Origin: Epithemia pelagica | Lineage: Eukaryota; Protista; Bacillariophyta | Assembly (NCBI GenBank): GCA_946965045.2 | Contig: OX337237.1 | Location: 1,860,001-1,924,000 of the forward strand | Reading direction: 5' to 3' | Length of the DNA stretch: 64,000 nucleotides | Part shown: piece by piece, positions 47,799 through 56,219 of the stretch | Layout of the letters: every line of letters starts with the position of its first letter | How positions within the stretch are numbered: the stretch's first letter is position 1 | Notes under the pieces: generated by a model | The model's input: only the letters and a program-made list of their open reading frames with translations | Databases searched by the model: none | What the model was told of the DNA's origin: nothing | Position numbers and translations under genes: made by a program

Positions 47799-48293
47799 GT
47801 TTATCAGACCCAAGTCTGTTGTTTCCCCACTGTTCGCCGGACGGCAAGCGCCTGATCAACGCTCGGGAGTTGTTCGCGCTAAGCGGCTTCGTCACTCGCT
47901 CGCTTGCGTCATCTCTGTGACTTGTTTTTGTCACTGTGGGACCCACTCGCTAATTTGTGACTTGCGACTGCACAACGTACCGTGCACGTGCTCGTACACG
48001 TGGACCGTCCATCCACGCGCTCCGTACGACTCAACTATATAAGCCTGCTGGCTTTTGACACGTGCCTGCTTGCTCGCGGAATCGCCGGTTCGCCGACTCG
48101 CGGATTCGCCGATCGCTAGCTCGCTCGCTCGCGGAATCGCCGGACGACTACTCGCCGATTCACTCGCAGATTGTTGGCTCACAGAAATTCGCTCCTCTCA
48201 TCACAATTGCAAATTTCTGCACAAGAACAAGCCTTCCCTTGCCATCCGTTTGACCTTCTACTACCCTCCTACCCTTCATCCGACCCTTGAACC

Positions 48294-50369
48294 ATGGCCG
48301 CAAATGCCTTCCGTACTGCACTGGGCCGCTGTGGCTACGACAATGCTACCGTTGGGCACCTAACGCAACAGGGCTTCACGACAACGGATCAGTTCCTGGA
48401 GTTTCCTATCAACGAAGTAAAGCCCATGCTGAAGACACTAGCCAAGAACCTACCTGACGGTGTCACCCTACCCTATCAATACAACCTCAAGCTCCTTGGC
48501 TTCCGAATGTGGTTGGAATACCGTTCTGTCCGTGGTCAGGACCTTGATGCTGGTGCCTATACTGGTGACGTAATCACCAAGTGGATGAGACGCGTAACGG
48601 AACTCGCGAATGCCACCACCACTGATGGTCAGGATGACCCAGTACCACCCAAAAGGCTAACGAACCTTGCCGATTGGGAACGTCACGACGGAATGTGGCG
48701 CACGTACTTGGGTCAGCACCGTAATCCGACAACGGGAGTGCCGCTCACCTACGTATTGCGTGAGGAGTCCGACGTACCGGACGACGCACTAACCGCCGAT
48801 TACGACTGCATTGACGACGACCTAGTCGCGACCACTCGTCATGAGGGGGACCAGTACAAAGCCGACCGACGCAGAGTGTATGAGCTGTACTACCCTCTTA
48901 TCTACGATGGTCCGGCATGGACGTTTGCTAAAACGCACGCGAAATCGAAGGACGGCCGTGAGGCCTACCTAACCGTCAAGCGGCAAGCCACTGGACAGGC
49001 CGCGAGCATCCTGCGCAAGAAACAGGCTTATGCGCAGATCGCAAATGCTAAGTTTACAGGACGAGGGAAGTACCGCTTCCATGACTACATTCACCGTCAT
49101 CAACATGCGCACAACACCCTGGAAGAGCTTGGCGAAACGGTCGCGGAAACGAAAAAAGTGACCGATTTCATGAATGGGATCACCGATCCGACGCTCGTCC
49201 AAGCCAAGACCGTCGTCAACGGTGACCAGGAGAAGTTGGAGAACTTCGAAGCGTGCCAGCAATACTTCTTGACTGTGCACAGTGCCGCCAAAACCGAAAC
49301 GCAGGACGACTCTCGCAAGATCGCCGCTGCTAGTACCACCACAAGCAAAGGAAAGGGCAAAGGGCGCAATCAGAAAAAGAGCAAGAAAAAGAAGGACCGC
49401 GTTCATGCTGGTCACTACGATGCCGACGAATGGGCAGACCTGACGGAGGACGAACGCAAACAAGTCCAGGCTCTTCGCAAAGAGCGCAAAGAAAAGCGGA
49501 AGCTTGGATCCGTCACCACAGACGACTCTTCCAACGCATCGTCGAAGAGGTCGAAAACGTCGCATGGGAGTACTGCTGAGGACGCAATCTCAGTAGACAT
49601 TGATGACGACGCTAAGCCTGAGGCTAAGACCAACGTATCGGTCATTATGGAAGTAGACGAGAACTTGCTTGACTCCTCTGTTGACAACGTACCGTCGCCA
49701 GACAAGCACTCTAAGTTCCGCGCTGCCGCCTCACCCGCAAAATCATCCGAAGATGATTCGCAGCCGACAAAGTCCTCAGCTGGCAACAGCTTTGGACGTT
49801 TCGCGCATAAGGCTAAAGCACAACCGAACGAACCCGGATCTGCGTCCGTCAAATCCGTACGTACTCGCCCCATGGGGGAATACGAGACTTATCCACCGAT
49901 GTGGCAATGGGAAGAGGACGGACGTCCTGATATGAGTCATATGACCATCCCTCCAGTCCCGGAACACGGCGACATCTTTGTAAAGCTGCCGCTACCGGTC
50001 AAAGGCAAGTTTGCTGAAGGGCCTCGCAACGTCCGCTCACTTACCAAGCATGACCAAAGTATGCTGAAAGGAAGCTTCCGCGACGAGATCGACACTATTG
50101 TACACAATAGTCCAATTTGGTCTTGGCGCTGGTCTAAAATGTCAGGCTATGAACGAGAAGAGCGCCAAATGTACCATGTGTGCAAACGCTTAGCCGAGCA
50201 CACGGAAGTGTTCGACGAAGCCTTAAAATACACTATGCTTGCCAATGGACAATTGGCTGCCGCAGAGCGAAGGCGTAATGTATGCGGTCGTTATTCCGCC
50301 GATCTTGAATTCGATGTCCGTGACCCCAATGTCTCTGACAAGTCTGCCGACATGTCTAATTCCTCCTGA
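48294..50369 (+). CDS. gag: Element 3 Gag (691 aa)
   Basis: Long ORF after the leader, with GVPLTYVLRE, AYAQIANAKFTG, AETKKVTDFMNGITDP..L and a basic GHY..EW..L region typical of this copia lineage. Confidence 0.9.
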   Translation: MAANAFRTALGRCGYDNATVGHLTQQGFTTTDQFLEFPINEVKPMLKTLAKNLPDGVTLPYQYNLKLLGFRMWLEYRSVRGQDLDAGAYTGDVITKWMRRVTELANATTTDGQDDPVPPKRLTNLADWERHDGMWRTYLGQHRNPTTGVPLTYVLREESDVPDDALTADYDCIDDDLVATTRHEGDQYKADRRRVYELYYPLIYDGPAWTFAKTHAKSKDGREAYLTVKRQATGQAASILRKKQAYAQIANAKFTGRGKYRFHDYIHRHQHAHNTLEELGETVAETKKVTDFMNGITDPTLVQAKTVVNGDQEKLENFEACQQYFLTVHSAAKTETQDDSRKIAAASTTTSKGKGKGRNQKKSKKKKDRVHAGHYDADEWADLTEDERKQVQALRKERKEKRKLGSVTTDDSSNASSKRSKTSHGSTAEDAISVDIDDDAKPEAKTNVSVIMEVDENLLDSSVDNVPSPDKHSKFRAAASPAKSSEDDSQPTKSSAGNSFGRFAHKAKAQPNEPGSASVKSVRTRPMGEYETYPPMWQWEEDGRPDMSHMTIPPVPEHGDIFVKLPLPVKGKFAEGPRNVRSLTKHDQSMLKGSFRDEIDTIVHNSPIWSWRWSKMSGYEREERQMYHVCKRLAEHTEVFDEALKYTMLANGQLAAAERRRNVCGRYSADLEFDVRDPNVSDKSADMSNSS

Positions 50370-53300
50370 TGGAGTGTGCCCTGTGTATCCGCTGCCGAAG
50401 CAGTAAAACTTGATAAAACGAATCTTATTGTTCAATCGAATACACAAGTAGGCACCCATTATAGTTATTCTAAACGTTTCGCACATCGTCTATGTGCTAT
50501 GAACACCGACGAATATGGTGTTGAGACCATTGAGCTCACCTGTGAGTTGGACTCACATGCGGACACCTGTGCCGTGGGAAGAGACTTCGTAATGCTCTCC
50601 GAAGCCCACCGCTATATCAGTGTGCATCCGTTCGCGGAAGAATATAACCCGCTGACCAATGTCCCTATTGCGACTGTTGCTACTGTCTGGACTGACAGCG
50701 AAAACCAGTCTTACTTGCTTGTCATCCACCAAGCATTGTTTTTAGGGGACCGTATGGGCAGTTCGTTACTCTGTCCCAACCAGATGCGTGCCCATGGCAT
50801 CGTTGTCAACGACGTACCTAAACAGTTTGACCCGCACAGCACGCATAGTATCCACGTACCGAATGCCGATCTCACCATCCCGCTCACCATGGCTGGTGTG
50901 ATAAGTGGTTTCGCCACTCGCAAACCCACTTCTGACGAGCTGGAACACTTGCCACAAGTTGTGCTAACTGCCGATAGCCCATGGCAACCTTGTTCTACCG
51001 CCTTTGCGGACGCGGAGGAGAAACTGGGTGTAGCTGCCGCTACTGTCGTTCGCAATGGCGATCCGAATTCGATTGCCGCATCCTCCATTCCACGACTCAT
51101 CAAAGCAGTGCGAACGTACCAGCATGCTTTTGCCAATCCATCACCCGATCTGGACGCCGACGCACAAGGCGATGACCTATACGAACGCTTGATAGCGACG
51201 GTCACTGTTCATCCAGAGAAGGAGGAGCCTGATGTAGTCCCGGAGGACAAACGTGAACGTCGGCTGTACATGATCAAGACTGCTAACGAGTCTTCCCCAG
51301 CCGATCCTGCTGGAAAGGGAGTGCTTGACGCAGCCGTACTGTCACAACGTTGGGGCATTGGTTTACCCAAAGCGAAGAATACGCTTAAAGTGACGACGCA
51401 GGCTGGAGTACGAAACGTATTAATCCCATCTGAGCGTAAGGTCCGTAAGAAGGCACCGTGGCTCAAATTCCCTAATGTGAAAGGCCGTTGGTTCTCGGAC
51501 GAGATGTTTGCCAAGGAAGTATCACTGAACGGGGACACGGGCGCCTCGATCTTTACCGACGGCAAAGGATTCGACCACGTTTATCCCTGGAAGTCGAAAA
51601 AGCAACATCCTGAAGGATTGATGTCTTTGATTCACAATGTAGGGATTCCCCAAACAATGGTATCTGATGGTGCTCGAGAATTGTTCCTAGGGAAGTCCCG
51701 TGAAATATGCAACGAGTACCGCATAAAGATGGAGAAAACGGTTCCCTATAGTCCATGGCAGAACGCCGCCGAAGCGAGCATTCGTGAACTAAAGAAGGGA
51801 GTTGTCAAAATTATGAGGACGACCGGCGCACCACGACGTTTATGGAGCTATGCTCTTAAATGGTGCTCACACGTACGGCAACTCACGGCATCCGATATCC
51901 CTGAATTAGACGGACGTACACCGTTCGAGCATGTAATTGGCTCAACGCCAGACATCTCTCCATTAGCCATGTTCCAATTCTATCAGCCGGTGTATTATCG
52001 CATGCCCATGGCACAGTTTCCCTTCGAAAAAAGACTGATTGGCCGATGGTTGGGCTTAGCCGATGATTGCACCGATGATATGGCCTATGAGATCCTAACG
52101 CAAGAGGGCAATCATGTCACACGGAAAGATGTGTGGGCCATTCCGGAAGACGACCTGAAGAATCCGACGATTCATCAGCAGTTGTTGGACTATGATACCG
52201 CTATTCAAACGCAAATGAAAGAGCCGCCATCTGATGGCACAACTGGGAGCGATCCACCCCCAGACCTCTTTGACGAAGGTGAACTTCTAGAGCCCTTGTT
52301 CCCAGAGGCCGAAGCCCTGGAATCCGACGCGTACACGCCGGAGGAACTAGACGAATATCTCACCGCTGAAGTCATGCTGCCGCGAGGAGGTGAAAGCGCT
52401 CGAGCGAAAATCATTGGACGCACGAAAGATGCTCATGGGCGACCTATTGGTGAGCGCGACGCAAACCCAATCCTTGATACCCGGTACTACGATGTACAGT
52501 TTCCGGATGGATCGGTCGAGTCGTATGCAACCAATATGATCGCAGAGAATCTGTATTCGCAAGTTGACCCGGAGGGCAATGCGTTCAACACATTGAAAGC
52601 CATTGTGGGTCACCGCAGTGATGAAACCGCAGTTAAGAGAACAGACGCATCGTTCCTTGACGGCACATCACACCACACAACGAAAGGCTGGGAATTGCAA
52701 TGCGAACTGTCCGATCAATCGACTGTTTGGCTGCCGCTCAAAGACGTCAAGAATGGAAATATGATTGAAGCCGCCGAATACGCAGTATCCACTGGCATCG
52801 CAAAAGAGCCTGCTTTCGCATGGTGGGTGCCACGTGCACTTCGCAAACGAGACCGCATTATCAAAAAGGTAAAGTCACGTTATTGGAAGCGAACGCACAA
52901 GTATGGCATTGAGTTGCCCCACTCTGTGGAAGAAGCCCTGGCGATTGACCGCCAAACGGGGACTGACTTCTGGCGTAAGGCTATTGAGAAAGAAATGAAG
53001 AACGTTGGAATTGCTTTCGAATTTCCAGCTGATGGCGAAGTGCCTTCTGGATACAAGCATATCCCCTGTCATATGGTTTTTGACATCAAATCAGACCTGC
53101 GACGAAAAGCACGGTTAGTGGCCGGAGGCCACAAAACTGATCCACCCAAAGAATCAACCTATTCTAGTGTGGTATCACGCGATAGCGTACGCATTGCTTT
53201 TACTATCGCTGCACTGAATGGTCTTGATGTTCTCGTCGGGGACGTGCAAAACGCATATCTCAACGCACCGACTAAAGAGAAGACCTATACCACCGCGGGA

Positions 53301-54605
53301 CTCGAATTTGGACCAGATAAGGTTGGACAACCTGCATTGATAGTGCGCGCATTATATGGTCTCAAAAGTTCTGCTGCAAGGTGGCGTGATCACATCGCCG
53401 CAACGCTCCGCGATATGAAATTTAAGATGTGTCAAGCTGATCCGGATGTATGGCTTCGAGCGAACACTCGACCATCTGATGGGTTCCAGTATTACGAGTA
53501 TGTTTTGGTCTATATTGATGATCTGCTGATTGTTAGTCATGATCCCAAAACCGTGATGCAGGACCTACAAAGGCGCTATACGATCAAGCCCGACAGTATC
53601 AAACCACCAGACGAATACTTGGGATCCGAAATTCGGCGTTATACCATACCCGACACGCAAGATCCGTCGAACCGTGATCGTTGGGCCATGTCCGCTGACA
53701 AGTATTGTAAGCGTGCTCTTGCCGAAGTCGAAACGGAACTGGAGAAATCCGGAGAAAAGCTGAAGTCAAAAGTGACGACGCCAATCGCCGATGGATATCG
53801 CCCGGAATTGGACGCGACTCCTGAACTCGACGCAAGACGTGCAAACTATTACCAAGGACTGATCGGTATTCTCCGTTGGATTGTTGAGCTCGGTCGTATC
53901 GACATTACAACCGCAGTCTCCCATATGTCCCGTTTTATGGCGAATCCACGAGAAGGACATCTCGAGCAAACGTTGCACATCTTCGCGTATCTGAAGAAGT
54001 ACGATAAATCCGCCATTGTGTTCGACGACACAACCCCTGACTTCGACGAGTCACGTTTTACCAGACCGGATTGGTCTGAGTATTATCCTGATGCTGCCGA
54101 GCCGATTCCGCCAAACGCACCAGCACCGCGTGGAAACGCTGTCACCACGACTTGCTTTGTCGATGCTGATCATGCTGGATGTCGTGTCACACGGCGCTCT
54201 CAAACAGGAGTCCTACTGTTCTTGCAACGAGCACCGATCATGTGGTATTCAAAACGACAAAACACTGTTGAGACGTCTACATTTGGCAGTGAGTTCGTGG
54301 CGATGAAGACTGCCATTGAAATGATTGAAGCATTTCGTTATAAGTTGCGAATGATGGGTATCCCGTTGGATGGAGAGACAAATGTGTTCTGCGACAATGA
54401 ATCTGTGTTTAAGAACTCGACTCAGCCGGAATCAGTCCTAAAGAAGAAGCACAACGCAATTGCTTATCATCGGACTCGTGAAGCGCAAGCCGCTGGACTT
54501 GTGCGCATTGCATGGGAAGAAGGTGAAACGAATCTTGCCGATATCCTAACCAAACTGCTACCCGGACCTCGATTGCGATTCCTGGCCCAACGTATCATAT
54601 GGTAG
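50370..54605 (+). CDS. pol: Element 3 Pol (about 1410 aa): protease, integrase, chromodomain-like segment, RT, RNase H; same frame as gag
   Basis: Motifs ELDSHADT; WFSDEMF / MVSDGA / NAAEASIRELK; ARLVAGGH, DVQNAYL, ALYGLKS, YIDD; FVDADHAG, FCDNES, NLADILTK. There are no internal stops. Confidence 0.96.
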   Translation, partial: WSVPCVSAAEAVKLDKTNLIVQSNTQVGTHYSYSKRFAHRLCAMNTDEYGVETIELTCELDSHADTCAVGRDFVMLSEAHRYISVHPFAEEYNPLTNVPIATVATVWTDSENQSYLLVIHQALFLGDRMGSSLLCPNQMRAHGIVVNDVPKQFDPHSTHSIHVPNADLTIPLTMAGVISGFATRKPTSDELEHLPQVVLTADSPWQPCSTAFADAEEKLGVAAATVVRNGDPNSIAASSIPRLIKAVRTYQHAFANPSPDLDADAQGDDLYERLIATVTVHPEKEEPDVVPEDKRERRLYMIKTANESSPADPAGKGVLDAAVLSQRWGIGLPKAKNTLKVTTQAGVRNVLIPSERKVRKKAPWLKFPNVKGRWFSDEMFAKEVSLNGDTGASIFTDGKGFDHVYPWKSKKQHPEGLMSLIHNVGIPQTMVSDGARELFLGKSREICNEYRIKMEKTVPYSPWQNAAEASIRELKKGVVKIMRTTGAPRRLWSYALKWCSHVRQLTASDIPELDGRTPFEHVIGSTPDISPLAMFQFYQPVYYRMPMAQFPFEKRLIGRWLGLADDCTDDMAYEILTQEGNHVTRKDVWAIPEDDLKNPTIHQQLLDYDTAIQTQMKEPPSDGTTGSDPPPDLFDEGELLEPLFPEAEALESDAYTPEELDEYLTAEVMLPRGGESARAKIIGRTKDAHGRPIGERDANPILDTRYYDVQFPDGSVESYATNMIAENLYSQVDPEGNAFNTLKAIVGHRSDETAVKRTDASFLDGTSHHTTKGWELQCELSDQSTVWLPLKDVKNGNMIEAAEYAVSTGIAKEPAFAWWVPRALRKRDRIIKKVKSRYWKRTHKYGIELPHSVEEALAIDRQTGTDFWRKAIEKEMKNVGIAFEFPADGEVPSGYKHIPCHMVFDIKSDLRRKARLVAGGHKTDPPKESTYSSVVSRDSVRIAFTIAALNGLDVLVGDVQNAYLNAPTKEKTYTTAGLEFGPDKVGQPALIVRALYGLKSSAARWRDHIAATLRDMKFKMCQADPDVWLRANTRPSDGFQYYEYVLVYIDDLLIVSHDPKTVMQDLQRRYTIKPDSIKPPDEYLGSEIRRYTIPDTQDPSNRDRWAMSADKYCKRALAEVETELEKSGEKLKSKVTTPIADGYRPELDATPELDARRANYYQGLIGILRWIVELGRIDITTAVSHMSRFMANPREGHLEQTLHIFAYLKKYDKSAIVFDDTTPDFDESRFTRPDWSEYYPDAAEPIPPNAPAPRGNAVTTTCFVDADHAGCRVTRRSQTGVLLFLQRAPIMWYSKRQNTVETSTFGSEFVAMKTAIEMIEAFRYKLRMMGIPLDGETNVFCDNESVFKNSTQPESVLKKKHNAIAYHRTREAQAAGLVRIAWEEGETNLADILTKLLPGPRLRFLAQRIIW

Positions 54606-54727
54606 CACCCCTTTTAGATCCAAAATGGGATCGCCCCTTTTTGAAGAATAGTCCGACGTACTGGACCGGCCTCTGCTGACATGACGAACTAAACGAAGTT
54701 GCCCACCCCGATTTTGTTCGCGGGGAC

Positions 54728-54967
54728 TGAATAAATAATCACGGGCGCCCCCTTTGTAACCTACGAAGGGCCTCGCCATGCCTCGCTACGTACCGCCTGG
54801 CATCGCCCGGCCCCTAGTTATGTGTTCGCTAGTGGGTACCGTGGTCGCTGTTTGGCCCCTACGTGAGCGATTTGCCCCCAAAGGGCACCCCTAGTTTAGT
54901 CATCATAATTTCTGATAGTTTGATTGTTGCAAGCCGTATATTGCGTCTGGCCGTCAGTTTTTATTCA
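54728..54967 (+). repeat. Element 3 3' LTR (240 bp)
   Basis: Matches the 5' LTR and is preceded by the weak purine tract gcggggac. Confidence 0.97.
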
Positions 54968-55849
54968 AAGATTGACTGTGTGGGATGGTCGAAATGCTGT
55001 CGTTATCACCGGAGGCATCATGAGGACGAACAGGACGAGGGGAGCATAGATGCAGGACTGTCACATCAACCTGTGAGATATCAGTGGAGCCGAGGACGAG
55101 GGGAGCGTGGACGCAGGACAGTCACATCAACCTTTGATATATCAGTGCAGAGTCATCTTTTCCCTTACTCTATATGGTCAAGGCTTCTGAGTAATATTCT
55201 AGGAAATCCAGATTGGTAACAATTCACTACAGTGACTGACAATGGTGAACAATTAACTACAGTGACTGACAAAGTGACTGACAATGGTGGCCACCTCAAT
55301 GTCGTACAAGACAATGATGGCCTGTTTCGGTATGGGCTAGAGTATGATGGCAAGTTTCTTCATTCAGACAAATTGGAATTTTTGGTGCAAACTCTGGAAT
55401 TGATTTGCATCACCAGATGAACAAGTTGAGTGGATTGATTGATCTCATGTTCCATGGTACAGGTGGCATTGAGGTGAATGAATCGAGTCAACCTGTCATG
55501 GCACATTTGTACTATATATTACAATGCATCGTTTGCTCAATTCACCAGTAAGCAACATGTCACATTCAGTTAGCTTTTGAACCACCTGTTCTCATTACTA
55601 CGCACAACAAATGTGTGGTCTCATATTGTGAGTGGCAAGTCCATGATATGAAATGGCAAAAGGGGCTACTGTCAACTCCATTTAATTGCAATTGAATGGG
55701 ACATGTTCAAGCAAGGGATTGGACTTTCAGAACACCTAGTATTGGAGAGATATTTACTCCATGAAGTGATAGACAAGGTTTGCTTTCCAGATTGGAATAA
55801 TAACATTCCCTCCATGGCAGTTTGACTTAATGCACAGGGTCACAAATCA

Positions 55850-56110
55850 ATAGCAGCATTCTGACACATTTAGGATGGGGAATTTTGGTTAACAAGGGCA
55901 CTGAGAGGCCGTTGGAAGCCGACAAGTAGAGAGGCGGATAATCAGCCTCCAATTGCGCATCAAGGTGCTGTGTACATGTGAATTGGTTGGCATTCGAACC
56001 CGGTGGAATGCTGTGATGATGACATCAGCACTGAAGAGGATGTCCTCTTTCGGATGATCCAGGCAGAGGTTTTTGATGTACCGTAGGAACCTCGTAAAGG
56101 CTGTGCCACG
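55850..56110 (-). mobile_element. Heavily degraded RT fragment, possibly from a DIRS/Ngaro-type YR retrotransposon
   Basis: The minus strand reads GTAFTRFLRYIKNLCLDHPKEDILFSADVIITAFHRV, resembling the G.A..R.L..I.NLR..P.E.IL..DDV..AFR motif I recall for these RTs. Confidence 0.4.
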
Positions 56111-56219
56111 TCAGGGATCTGGGTGTTGGTGTTCCAATTGTCGTCGTTGGAAATTCGGGGGTTTGGGTCGATGCATCGGCGGCCGGTGTCTTGTGTGGTT
56201 TCGGGGCAACCCAGTTTGA

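Larger units (their letters stand above)
47559..54967 (+). mobile_element. Element 3: young, structurally intact Ty1/copia LTR retrotransposon (a second CoDi-like lineage)
   Basis: 240-bp LTRs with 1 mismatch, termini TGAATAAA...TTTATTCA, TSD AAGA (47555-47558 and 54968-54971), and long gag and pol ORFs. Confidence 0.98.
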
